Below, piece after piece: positions 1 through 15,000 of a DNA stretch of 64,000 bases. The DNA lies in NCBI RefSeq assembly GCF_000150275.1, contig NW_002060977.1:253235-317234 (forward strand), in the 5' to 3' direction. Each line of letters starts with the position of its first letter. Position 1 is the stretch's first letter. This DNA is from Trichoplax adhaerens (Eukaryota; Animalia; Placozoa). The translations under genes and the position numbers were made by a program. A model generated the notes under the pieces. It was not told where the DNA came from. It made no database searches and saw only the letters and a list, made by a program, of their open reading frames with translations.

Positions 1-3000
1 AGCCGGGAACATTTCAAGATTTGTCCAGCTTAGTATTTCTGTAAGGCTATTACAAATATGTTTATTATCATCTTGAATATAAACTGTGTCACAAAATTAT
101 CCTATGCAAGCTTTTAACACTCAAAGATTTCATTTTTAGGCTATTTCAAATGCAATTATAGTGAATATGCAATAATTTAAATTTTATATAATAAAATGTT
201 GATAATATTAAAGTTTATGAAATCTTAACTAACGCTGTAATTTTGTTATTTAATATTATACTTAATTTTGTAGTGGACTTAAGCAAAATTTTATAGCGGA
301 AGTGACTGATCAAAGCATAACAGGATTAAGCAATTTGCAACATTTGTTAGTAAAATGCGTTTAGGTTTTATATGCTATATCTAGTAGAAAATAAATATTT
401 TGATTGCATGAAGCGAGTACTGTTATAAAATAATGTTAAAATGCTGCACGAATATGTGCAACTAGATAGACACAAATACTTTACGGTATCCTGGAATTTT
501 ATTATTACACTAATGTTTCAGTTCGAACTATTATGAAAGTAAACTATTTTTAATGTATCAGATAACAGGAATACTGATTTATTTAAAGAAAAAGTTAACA
601 ATAGGGTTCAATATTTGTCAAAATTTCTTAATCTGATAATAGTAATAACAGTTAGCGGTTTTGGCTCTTAGCTTAATTTATCTCAATTTTTGTAGACTAA
701 TTATAAAATATAGAATATAATTGACGTATTACAAATATGATTTAGAGATTTAGCCTCTAATTCAGTATCATACGTGGCTTTGACCAGCTATAATGGCCCG
801 GCGAAATTACAAACTTTGTATGTCATACAATATGAAATGTTAAATAATGATTTGTTTAAATCTGGCTTAAAGAATCTATGACTGAACAAATTTGGAAATT
901 CTAGTTTCTTACGCCTTAATGTTTTAGAAATAATGACATAATTCCTATATTATTCCTCAAGTTTATGTTGCAATAACTATGGTTTTAAAACGTTGATATC
1001 GGACTTTATTATGTTACAAAGGAAGCGTACAATTTTACAATGATTATATTTAATATTATTGAGAAATTCAGCGGCTGATATCATCATTTATTAATTCAGA
1101 AACTTGCGAAGTATGAACTTGTACAGCTTGGAAAATTTGAATGTTGATACTCTTTCCCAAGTAAAGGAAATGTAAGCATTCTGGTAGAAAAAATCATATA
1201 ATCCATGATTCCTCATAAAGTTTACATTTACAAAAAAGAATTAAGGAATTAGAAATGTTGAAGATTTAACTCGGTTTATTCAGTGATTTATATAGGAATA
1301 AAATAAGGAGACTGGAATGGTCATCTACTTTTGAATATATTGATATCGAAAAACTGTATGCAGCTCTAGCATAATTCCACTAATTTTAAGCAAACAAAAC
1401 ATTCCATCTTAATTAAATTAACCTTCTTTCTTAATATTTTAATACCATTTTTAATAATGTATTCTGTGATTTTAAACAACAATTTAGAAATTTTTTGTGG
1501 TTGTTATCACAAACTTATGTTGCGAACTACTACACTAAATTATTAGATTACTTATGCTTTGCTCCACTACACCTGGAGTTCTACTGTACGGTAGCTCTAT
1601 ACTACTTACGGTCTATCACAAACCAGCTTCGCGACAAGGATAAAGTAAAACAAATCTCTAAATTACTATAGTCTCCGGGATTCAGTATCCCTTAACTACC
1701 TCACAACAATTTAGACGCCTTTGATTCTACGTTAAACTCAACTGGACAATTGAGAACTACTTTATTCAATTATCTGACGGCATTACAGCACTGCATTTAA
1801 TTTACTGTAACACATTTATAATTAGAGTAATTCGTATTGTAAGTAACTAGTTGTAATATATTATCACTATATTATATTAACCAAATTTAGATAGCTATTT
1901 CTTCACGGTAGTTCGTACCGTGAAGACGGTCACACAGGGATAAGACTGTTCTACAAGATTAGTATAGTTTTTATTAATAGAGCAGCCGAGTACCTTCTCG
2001 TATTTGATCTAATAAAGAACTCAGGAACTGAGCATTCGCTCGTCCTTTTATACCCTTCCACTAAATTTGTGGTGTACACATAGTAACTTGACAATATAAG
2101 ATTTACATGATTTGTATGGGAGGACAAGCCTCAATAAACTATATAGTTTACTATATATATACAAGTACGTAAACAACTTTAATTAGCAATAACTAATTAA
2201 TAGCCAATTAGACCCTTAAGGCTCAGCACGATAATCGCACGTTCGCAGCGGGTGCTAACGTGCCGTCATTATTAATATCTATATAGGCTCTACTAATTAA
2301 TTGCAAAATGCATTTATGCCTTTGTTGTCTAGCAATCTAGACATTATTAATATTCTTAACTTCAATTATCAATTACCAATATGATCCATTAGCTAAATAC
2401 TAACAAAATCTATTTAATTAGCAAGTACGGTGCTTTGCTCCGTAACAGCTGTTTAATTACGACTGTACCTAGTAGTTTTTAATGTTGTCTTGATTTTAAT
2501 TGAATGTCATTAAAAGGAATTTGGAGTTTAATGGTCTAATTGAAATCAAAAGTATAAACAGAATCAGTTCTCTTCAATTCCTGTGAGTGTTCAGTACTGT
2601 ACTGCGTAAAAAATTAATACGTGTCATTGGATCGTTTTCATAGAAATGAATTTCTTTCTGTATTAAATAAAACATTCAAGTGTGACCGTTTTGGATAATT
2701 TTGATTTTACATAGCTTTATTTTATAATAATTAGCAATTTATCCTATAATCAAATACGCTCATTCTCAGCAGTTTCCCTTATGAATTTAACCTCTCTTTC
2801 GGTGTTGTAAGTATCATTAAACAGATCAAATTCGATTTTTCCACGATGTTCTAGCATATGTTATAGTTTAAACATTTTTGTGATTATAATGGCATGCATG
2901 TATGGCAATACTTTAAAAAGAAATTTTAATTACCAAAACAAGGTCTTTAAGACATAATCTTATAAAGAAAGTTATGAAGACAGATGTGAAAAACACCATA

Positions 3001-6000
3001 AATCTTAATAAGATTAAGAAACTGTAAGTGTTTTGATATTGTTTTATAATGTGATGGATATTGGAAATAGATGCAATTTTATGGAAGTTGATAGTCGTCC
3101 TCTGATTATATCATTATATGACATACCAATTATCGCGACTGCTTTCAATTATAACAACATACTACGACTACTCTTGCGACACAGGAAATATTACAATACT
3201 GATAGTAAATATCGCTTTAATCGACAAATTACTTCCCTAGCCTGCGATACAGTTGCTGTAGTCTTTACGAAGTACGCATGCTTACGTGCGATATAATATA
3301 GCGTAACTCTGTTCGCATTTTATTGATTCTATTTATATACTCTATTAGTCGTTTTATGCATGTTTTTTGGGCTATCAGCATATTTTCAATAACAATAATG
3401 TTATTACGATTAAGTAATCGTATACGGATATTTAAAGTAATAAACAATTTCATATATAATTTTATCACGATTACGAGTTCTATCTAGTTTTTATATTCCA
3501 AATACCTTCTGGAAACATTTATTGTTCCGTCATAATATCATAAGGGTTTACTTTATCACCAGCAACAACAATTCCTGAAGTAGTGCTGTATATTTCTAAG
3601 AAGTTTAAAACAAAATATTGTCGTAAACTATATATCTATATAACGCTAAGTTATTTTCATGACTGTGACAAAACGGTATCGTCAGCATAAGTTAGTGCGA
3701 AGAGTCCATTAGAGTATTGGTTTTATTAACATTAGTCGTATTTCGTTAGCAATTTTCCCTTAGTGAAGTATTAGCTTTAAGTTACCTTCATTAATTGAAA
3801 TCGTTTTCAAAAATGAGGAATAAACATAAGATTTGCCTTTTATACATTAAATTTTAAATTTTCGTTGATAGACCGTATTTAAAGTACAATTCTGAAAAGC
3901 AGTCAGCTTGTTATGCATAGATTTTCTTTATATGTTTTATGCCATGGCTCTCTTTAACTACTTTGAAATTTCATAATTAATAATCATAGAAGACTAAATA
4001 TTCTACGTTTTGCAATTTTAGTGATATTTCGAGTAATCGTTTACATCAAATTGAAGATGGGTCATTTATAAATGCTAAGAATTTAAAAACCCTGTAAGAA
4101 ATAATTTTGACAGCGGAAGGCCTTTTAAAAATTAGTAGCAATTATTTTAATACTTTACGACCATCGGTTGTTCAAATATAAACCTTTAAAATGCAAGCCT
4201 TCTAATTGAAATTATTGCGAGTCCTATCTTTCTTTTTATTTTCTATAGCTATATAAATGATAATGATATAAGAAATATAGCATTTACAAAAGATATTTGG
4301 AGTTTAGAAAATCTGTAAGTATTCTTAAATGGACACCTTTCGAGGAGTGTAAGAAACTTGCAATTTGGATAGTTAGCTAATTGCTTATCTAATCCTAGTA
4401 TAATTCAAAGCAAAAGGGATTTTCGATATTTTAAGTAGAAATCCTTGAATTTCAATTATTATGAGCTAAATTTAAACACTTTTAGGTTTACTAGTACTTC
4501 TGATTTTGGAAGCGCACTAGTATACGCTACTTCCGTATTAATCATTCGCAGAAATTGTACGTAAGACTGCAGATTATTTGACTGGGTAATTTAGCCTTTA
4601 TTCTAATATATCATTTAGATATGCATCCAGCAATAAATTAGAAGAATTATCAGGAGTGGTATTTTCAAGTCTCGTACATTTGAAAGTTCTGTAAGTTTTC
4701 AATTGCAGCCGATGCTGTATTACCACATAATGATGTTATATTTATGATCCAACCAATATCAATTAATACCATCGTAAATTCGTAATCATTCGTCAATATT
4801 CTTTCGCTAATACATGTGTAATATGCAAATCGGAGGATATAATATATTTTAAATGCGATCTTTTAATGATAACTAATAGCAACTCTAAATCTTCAGTTAT
4901 AGTATCATCGCGTTCCCATAAATAAAGGGTTGATGCAAGATCTTTAGCAAATTTGATAAATGTATTAAATGGCTCACATGTTAGTCAAGAGGATATTAGT
5001 GAGATGATATTTTGCTAATGTAACAATTAATAGCTGATACGGTATAATTAGATATGCTAAATAATTTAATTGACCAATAATATAATGCTTAAGAAAGAGT
5101 TAATAACTATAAAACATTTTCTGTTATCTTGCAATAGTGATCTATCCACTAACAACTTCAAAACAATTGATTCTGAAGCCTTAACTTCTCTAAAAAGCCT
5201 AGAAGAATTGTAAGACAAAACTCTTTAATTCATTTTCTTTCCGTTTTGTCACTATACGTATAAATTTTATGATATGGTATTGTAATTATGTGATGTAACT
5301 GATCACGAATATCCAAAATTTGTAGAAGATTAGACTTTATAAGATCTTACACAAATACAATGTACATACAGATCTACTGTAGCCGAATATATCTATTAAA
5401 TACTTCTAGAAAGAACTACTAGAACAATCTTAGTTGCCAGCTTATATGCTTTTTGTAGCATTCGCAGCTACAATCAGCCGAGCAACATCCTACCTTATTT
5501 TATACATAATCAAATTATTATTAGTAATAACATTTTACAGTGGACCATCACTAATCCAATTCTAATCCAATATTCTATTACAATATTTACTACATATTAT
5601 TTCTACCAGTTAGAGTAAGATAATTTAATCCTATTCTAATATATGAATTACAATCTATGTTTACTTCTAACCTTAATAGTAACTAGACATTCTACCGTAT
5701 TTAGTCATCTACACTCTAGCATAGAATCTTCCACTACAGTCCATGGTCATTAGCTATTAAATAAATCTTAAGATAAATATATGAAGTCAAGCTTCTGTAA
5801 ATCATACTTAACGTGAATAATAGTCTACAATCCTATGTCACAAACCAGCTTCGTGACAAGGATAACGTTAAACAAACCTCTAAAATTACTATAGTCTCCG
5901 GGATTCAGTATCCCTTAACCACCTCACAAGAATTTAGACGCCTTTGATTCTACATTAAACTCAACTAGACAATTCAGAACTGCTTTATTCAACTATCTGA

Positions 6001-9000
6001 CGGGCTTATATACCCTTCTACAGCAGCTAACATTTACGAGTCATCTTATAAAAATACTTACGTGAGAACATCTACTAAATAATTTTTCACAGTCGGACTA
6101 CAATATGTCCATTCACAGAATCATTTCAGAGCACATTGCAGCATAGCATTAAATTTACTGTAACACATTTATAATTAGAGTAATTCCTACTGTAAGTAAC
6201 TAGTTGTAATATATTATCACTATATTATATTAACCAAATTTAGATGGCTATTTCTTCACGGTAGTTCGTACCGTGACATCCTAATACTATGTTACGTCAC
6301 AAATTGTTATACTAAACTAAATGACAATCAAGTTATTAAGTTTATTAATTTAATTGCCAATGGCAAGACTACTACCACAGTATTGTATAGATAATTACAC
6401 AACAAAGATATTCTGCGTACAACCATTGAACTAGATTCAAGAATCGGCTTCCTTGGACAATATATATAAATAAATGTCTAAAAGCTTTATTAGCCAAAAG
6501 AATTATTTTTACACTATTTATAGCTTCAATGATACACACATTATCTCTACCCTTAAAAAATCGAAATTAATTCCAAATATCTTAATGTCAATATAAAAAC
6601 TTAATTTTGCTAGTGACTGAGCATCTTGACATCAAAACCACTTCTAGGACTCTTCTTAAATATAAATAAGTAGTCTATATGTAAAATTTCAGGAAATAAA
6701 TAGCTGAGAAAAATAGAAATTTTTAAATCGATCTGATTATGAGAATCTTACAACTGAGTAATGGTTTAATTTTTTTATTATTTCCCTAATCAGATATTTG
6801 GAAGATATAGGATTGAAGAGTCTATCTAGAATTAATTTTGCGGAACTTAATCTATTGAAAAAGCTGTAAGTTATGAATGCATAGAATCTGTAAGATAAAT
6901 TTACAGCTGATAAATAATTTTAGTAAAAAAACTAAAGGGTATTTTGTTTTGCACATCATAGTATAGTACCGTGATGCGTTGTGCAAACAGTATGATACTC
7001 AAAATCTTAAGAATCAATTTTTCGTTTTTCATCAATTATTATGTTAGCTTGTAATAGGTTAATTTTGGCCTCTCATGGTACATTATATTTACTTAAATTA
7101 ACACGACCAACTTTCACGCAAATAGATCTGTATCTAATTAATTAATTGATTACAATATTTTGTTTTAGTTATTATTTTGACATAATAGCAGCGGCTGCAT
7201 ATATCGCAAAGAGTTTTAAAGCCATTACCCTAAGCTTCGTATTTTCTTAAATCATGTTTCCACAACTACCCTTGCAGCACAAGAAATATTACAATACTGA
7301 TAGTAAATATGCAGTAATCGACAAAATTATTTCCCTAGCCTGCGATACAGTTACTGTAGTCTTTATGAAGTATGCACGCTTACGTGCGATACAATATAGC
7401 GTAACTCTCTTTGCATTTTCTGGACTCTACTTATATACTCTATTAGTCGTATTAAACATGTTTTGGGGGCTATCAGCATATTTTCAATAACAATAATGTT
7501 ATTACGATTAAGTAATCTTATACGGACATTTGAAGTAATAAACAATTTCCTACATAATTTTATCACGATTACGAGTTCTATCTAGTTTTTATATTCCAAA
7601 TACCTTCTGGAAACATTTATTATTCATTCATAATAAACTAGATAACGCAATGTACGATCTATACGTCAATTCCTAGAACCACCTATCAAGGAACGATATC
7701 TGCACTATCAGAAACGCTTTTGCTCTACTAGCGGACTACGCAAAGATTTAGACGCCTCGTATTTTACGTTAAATACTAAGTTAAAGAATTAATTTTATTA
7801 CACGATATATTACGTTTATATACTCTTCCTCAATAGTTCGTGAGTCATAGTTAGTAAGATCAATTTTGGAAACATTCACTGAATTAGAAATTAATTTTAG
7901 CTACTGCTCCCTAATACAGACAACAGTGATCACGAATATAAACATCTGATGACTAATACAGAATATTCAGATTACGATATGTCCTAGCACGAGATATTTC
8001 CACGATAATTTACAATCTACTATGAATAAGTTGCAATCGCAATGATTCGAACTGTAATAGAAGTCGACTAAAAAGGGTAGGCTAACAAATTTATCCTAAC
8101 ATAGATATTTCTACTCTAATACAGTATATAACACTGTCACAGACCGTAAAATATTTACTATATACGTCAGATGTAGAAAACTTTGGCTACATTTAACAAC
8201 AGTATTCCATCGTAGTGAAACTCGTACCTCTTATTGTGCTCAAAGAATGGGTAAAAGCTAGAATGGAACGGACTTTTTAGGTGTTGTACATTCAATTTAA
8301 TTGTCAGTAATATAGCAAGCACCAGCTAACAAATATTTCTGTAATAGCAAATCAACAGTTCTAGGATAACAAAGCTTGCTCTATATCTAGATATACTGAT
8401 TTTATTACTTGGAGATTATAAACAGCAGTTTTAAAATTGTTCGGTATTGCTTAGATTATGAGGTTTGCTGCCGGCGTATTATTGAAAAAAATTTAAGGTT
8501 ACATATTTTTGTATGAGACAAAAATATTGTGTCACCATAATAAAGATGCGACTTTTACGTATATAATTATTTTTTATGAATTAAAAATAATTTTTTCTAA
8601 GTCTGTTTCTTGAGAATGTGTTAACAGCAATAATTAAAACTATATGTTTATCTTATCTAGCCAATGTGCCTTGACTACATTTTTAAAAATCAATACTCAC
8701 CTATCTAAAGTAAGACTAACCTTGTTCATCATAATAATAGTATTCTTGGAAATAATGATATCGAAGCCATTTTTCAACATCAGTTTAGCGGCTTAAATGA
8801 TCTTCAAGTTCTGTAAGTAATCGATATCAAAGAACAATTTTAATTCTGTTGCTTATATTTTATAACTAATTTAAATGATGTTCTTGCTTAAAATTTTTGT
8901 CTATGGTATTACGACTATAAATTTTAGCTTGCTTTAATTTATCCTGAACTCATCCTTGTTTGTAGCGATTTGTCCAAAAATTTAATAATTAAGGTGCCTG

Positions 9001-12000
9001 ATGACACTTTGCAAAACATGATAAGTCTACAGACACTGTAAGTAATGTTAATTTAAATTAATATTTTATTGTATTTAAAATTAAAATTGATGAGATTGTA
9101 GATTTCGGTTAACAATACAAAAGTCGTTAAACTAGATTATTTTATAAAATTCTCTAAACTTTAAAACCAATTTTTTCAGTTATTTGAATGAAAACAAGTT
9201 ATCTGAATTTGACGCTCACATCATCTGCTCAAATCGTGATATATATCACTTGTAGGTCGTATATCATAGCCAAATTTTTTTGGGTTGATTTTATTCTTAT
9301 ATGTTTGTTTTTGACACACGTATCATGTACCTGAATTATCTTTTAAAAATGCCACTAGATTACAATATCATAATCTTAATCAGTTAAATTTCTCGACCTA
9401 TGAAGAATTGAATATTATGATATATTTTCTTGAATCATTTGTTTTATTCATTAAAGTAACGAAGGGATTACTTCCAAAGGCAGTTGTGCCTGTTTATAAG
9501 TATGAGCCTTCTAGCAGTTTGAACTCCTTCATTTTAGTTTTCTTTGCAAGTAACTTCATTAAATAACATTAATTAATAAATTAATAATTGAGGATCCTCA
9601 AATCTAATTCCGTGAAGCTGCGATAACGGCGATTAAAACACAAACGAATAAGGAATATTACAGTATTAATCTTGTTCCATCAATCCAGTCGACATAAAAA
9701 TTTGTTTGACGTACATAAATCACTATGCCACATTTTTGGTATATAAAAAATTAGTCGGGAAAATCGTATAGAGTCACTGCTAGACATATTTTAAGTCTCA
9801 TAAAGGCTGTTAGCGGCCTGAGTAGTAGTAAAAATTTATTTGTATGAGTTAATAACAGTCCAAAATAGCAGCAAAATGGAGTGTCATTTCGGAATCTAAT
9901 ACATTTAATTTGTAATTAAGTTCAAGTTACTTAAGATAAACTAATAGGTTTCGGTGAGTTTCTCAATCATAACGTGATAACTTATCTGAAACGTTCAAAC
10001 AAGACTTTTCTTAGACTCGGTCAAAACTAACTAATTACTAAACAGTACAAAAATTATTACGTAATGAGAATACAGATCTTCACTACACAACTTTCACGAT
10101 AAGATCGAGAAGAATATCATTCAGCAAATATATGGCAAAGACATAACCGTTAAGAATAATAACACTGCGCTGCTATCTAAGCAGAATAGAATATGCTCTT
10201 AAAATGCTACTAATATTAGAAAGAATCTAGCTATCGATCTTCTTATTATACAAGTGCCTAGATGTTTTAAGTACTTTACTCGAAAATAAACAGAATTTCA
10301 ATTTTAACTTCGTGACTAACCACTAGGCTATAGTTACATATTATCGCAAGATTACGTAATACACCACCCAAACGCCCTTTCTACTTATTAGGTATCACAC
10401 AGTACTGAATAGAAAGCGTTAAATACTAAGACTTATGAATAACTAGAAGGAATAATTACTGCATATGAGTAAATCCAAATGCAGATTGAAGATCCTAAAT
10501 TAAGATTTTTATTTATTAATTCATGTCTTGCCTAAATGCTATATTAAGATGTCAGATTGTTTCAAACTAAGCAAATTTTTTATAACAATCAACAATTCAG
10601 GAGTTTACAATCAAATCAAATTAGAAAGGTTATAGACAGACGATGTCTCGGAGGCTACACTAATTTACGAAAGTTGTAAGTTCCACAATTAAACAGCTCA
10701 AATAAATTCTTGTTTTACTCGGCCGTGAAAAATTTTAATTTTAAAATTCAAAATATTATGCGTAATTTCTAATTTTATACTGTGATTTACTGTATGGCAC
10801 GTTTACATAGTTGGATATAAGAAGTAGCTTTTTCTTCTGTTCGAATAGAAATATGAATAACAATCTACTTGACGACACTTTTGATCAAAGCTTGAAAAGT
10901 GCTGACCTATTTCAATATCTAGACGATCTGTAAGGAAGAATCTTACAAATTTTGACGTACTATCTTAAATATTAGCAATTTAGTATTGAAAGGTACATTA
11001 TCTGTAAGTTAAGTGCTGTATCCGAATTTATCCTCCGCTGTTTAGAACTAAACTACTAGTATGTAGAACTAAATCCGCAACTTCATTTATGTAGTACGGA
11101 CAGTTAATCAGAAATATTGTAAATTTTTAGCTCTTGATCAGAAATGGGTGTTAGTAGAAATAGTGTACAGGTATAAATTTTTAATATTTATTGTTGCTTA
11201 ATATTGTTAGAAGACTTAACATGGCCTAGAAATTTCATTATTTGTAATAGATTAACCTTTAAGCTGCATTTGCCAAATAGGATAAGAAATGATTTACGGT
11301 TTTACATAATACTGTGTTACCTTTTTTCTGAAGTTGGTTACTAAGTTTATGATTTTTACATTGTTTAGAAATTTAGGCCGTAACAAAATTACTCACTTTC
11401 CAAAACATTTGATATCAATTTCCAGAAAAAATTTGCGGACATTGTAAGAAAATTCTTTTTATCTTAATATTATTTTTGATAATCGTAGAAAATTATTGGC
11501 CGCAATAGAGGGAAATAAAACTTAACAAATGAGATATCGCAACTTATGTCGTAGGAATATCGGGTACAACAAAATAGCAAGTAGAATTGTTGTGAAAATT
11601 TTACAGAGCTTTCAACCATTTAATGACAAATTATGTGGAGAAACGAGTTCAATAGGTTGCAGACCATATTCCATGTAAGTTTTAAATCGTGTAACATACC
11701 TAATGAAGGTAACTTTTAATTTCATTTTAGTTTCAGCTTTTAACCAAATATTTAGCTTGTGAAGCATTCAGAATATATGATAAAATCTCAGTAAGACGTA
11801 GCTAATAAATCATTGGATAAATGTTGATGCTGTCGAAGTCTACTTAAGGAGCTTTTCTGTAGGAAACTGTGATATATACCAACCATGAATTTCCAAATTT
11901 TAGAAAAATAAGGGCTTTATTGAATCTTATACAAAGATTAACTACACACAGCTTTACTCTAGCCGAATACTACTACTAAAGACTTCTAGAACGAACTAAC

Positions 12001-15000
12001 TGAATAATCTAAAGTTGTATGCTGTATACTTTCCGTAACATTCGCAGCTACAATCCGCATGGCAACCTTTTACCTTATTTTACACATAGTTAAATTATTA
12101 TTAGTAAGATTATTCTACTGCGGACCATCATTAATCCAATATGGATACGACTACAGTACTTATGTAGACATCATTCACAACAGCCAAAGTACAATGAATT
12201 AACCATATCCTAATATATGATTTACAGTTTCTATTTTTACCTATAGCCTCATTAGTAACTCAACACCTTACTATATATAGTCATCTGTACTCTAGCATAG
12301 AGTCTTCTATACCACTACAGTCTATAGTTATAGCTACCAATTATCTCTTAGGATGAATATCTACCGTACATTATACTAAACATGGCTGATAGTCTACAAT
12401 CACAATACTAGTTACATTGCAGAAACGCTGCTCAATTAAATTTAGGGTCTTAAATTCAGTGTTTAGTCCAAATCGTAACATCAGGGTAGACTAGTAATGT
12501 GTAAGCTAGATAAGTATGACATAAGTACGCATTCACTGCAACATTAAGTATGCTTAGAGTATGGTATTGAGGAGTTTGGTTAGGCTTGTCTATAATAATC
12601 AACTCTTAGTAGTCTCCCATTAAGTGAGACATTTTAAATGTGCAGCGTATAGCAATAAATAATTCAGTTCTCAATTCTTATTGCTGACTTAGAAAGATGA
12701 TAATCAAAAAAAGTCATTAGCTATTTCTTATTTATTTTATCGACTATCCGGAATACGTGAGAGCGAATTTTTGAAAATCATCTCGAATGATCATAAGAAA
12801 TATGTTCACAAGATAGATTTTCAAACTCTTAATTAGCTTTACAAGATATTATCTTGAATATTTCAACTTGTCAGACATTTCTACCACCATAAAATCTTCT
12901 CACTAATTTTCGAGAGTAAAATCTTCAAGTATGCGAATGAAATTTAATTGCTAAAAGTTATAGATGCTAAAATTTTCTTCATACGCTTTTGTAGTGATAT
13001 TTCAGGAAGCAATTTAAAGATTCTATCCAGAGGAAGCTTTGCACATATTCAGAATAATTTGGTTGCATTGTAAATATAAACTAATATGTAACATACTACA
13101 CTCTTAAAAATTTAATTATTATAACTGATTTAAATAGAGTATACGATGTGTCAGAAAGAGATTGTTAAAATATTCTTTTATTTAAGCTGAAATCAGATAA
13201 ATATCAAAAGATTTTTCCTGATATAATTCTGTAACTATGGCGCTCTAGGTATTTAAACGACAATAACTTAACAAGAATAGATGTTTATGATTTGTTTAAT
13301 GTTACCAATGATAAGCTGCAGGAATTGTAAGTTAAAAGATGATAATACTTAAATTTCCTTTCTTAACTTTTATAGCAAAATTTATTTTTATAGCTTAATT
13401 ACCTATATCGTGAATATGCAATATTCGGACCTATTAGAGTTGCTAAAAATCAATTTTAAAGTAATCATTAAAACTATACTGCAGGCATTTAGCAAATAAT
13501 GAACTAACAACAATTTCAACGAAAAGGAAATATAAGTTACAAGCCCTGATAGTCTTGTAAGTTTAGAAACTATTGATTTTAAATTAATTGAGATGTTGAA
13601 ATCACTTTCTCTATACAGTTGCTATTTTAAGAGATATTAATTGAAATTCAATTAAAAATAGTTTTAGAATTTTATTGTAAATATTGAAAACTGTATAGTA
13701 AAAAATTTGTAACTTGTAATTTAATTTCCTAGAAATCTAAGAGGAAACAAAATCACCACCGTTTGTGGAAATCGTACTACATTGGATCTTTCTACTCCTA
13801 ATGTTGAAGTGCTGTAAGTTCATAGTCGATAATCCAAGTGAATCACTTCTTATTTTCATCATATTTGCTTTTAAATAGAATTCTAGTAGCATATCGGTTT
13901 GACTCGGTATGGAATATGATTACGCCACTTGCTGTATCATTATGAGAATATTATTTCGAATAGCTACTTACACTTCTACTGGATCTGTTGTGATTTCTAA
14001 TACTTAATTCATTTTTAAATTTTATCAAGAAGGATTGAATATGGTAGTTGATCAATGTATTTTTTAACATAGAAGTATAGTATATGGCAGGTATCTTTTA
14101 ATGATTTATTAAGGAAAATGATGATTCCTTTAATGATATTGCAGGCAATTAGATAACAATTTTATAAGAAATTTGGAAAAGGGTTGCCTTTACAATTTTT
14201 TGAAACTGAAAGTTTTGTAAGTGATCTAAGATCGTAAGTTTTAATTAGATGATTGCTATAGCGCCTATAACTGTAAAACAATTAAGATAATTCCTTGATT
14301 CATCTCTTGTTTTACTAAAATCCAAAATCGGCACCTGTTACTCAATAAATGTGGAATTAATATAGTTTACACAAAATTTAAGAAAATTGCAAAAAGGGCA
14401 GCTTAGACTGCCTGAAATAATCAAACTAACAAAAGGATTTATAGGAATTACTAGCAACGCAAGCATTTCTACTTTTGTTCTAGCTTCTTCTATCACTAGA
14501 CTTCTTAAATTCCACTAACTTCTCAACTACTTTACTGTCGATCTATTATAAGAATCGAATTTTACTTGCTATGCAGAGCAGTTGGTAGTATCAAATTAAA
14601 GAATTGTCACTTTTAAGTATTCCGAAATAACTGATAATTAAATAATCTGTAAAGAAAGATCTTACCTTAGATTATTAATCACTGGTAAATTAATAATTTA
14701 AGTGAAGTTTAAAATTGCACTATACGTAGATGATAAGGTTTCGTAACTATTACTGCAAGTAATAATCAAAATCAGTAATCAGCTAAGCATTTTCTATATG
14801 AACTAAATATCTTAGATAAATTACACTTTACATTACTGTTACAGTGTTAAATACTGTATTACAGTAGAAATAACTATGTTAGGATAATTCTGTTAGACTA
14901 TCCTTATTTAGTTAACTTCTAATTTGGATATACTGTATTTTAATATAGCACTGACTTTTTATGACAGTGACACTTATACACATACTGAAACTAATAGTTA

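Noticed and set aside
3033-7566. Paired ORFs 3033/7254 (+) and 3265/7363 (-)
   Set aside because: They fall in the intronic family G repeat, have inconsistent frames and ends between copies, and show no recognisable domain.
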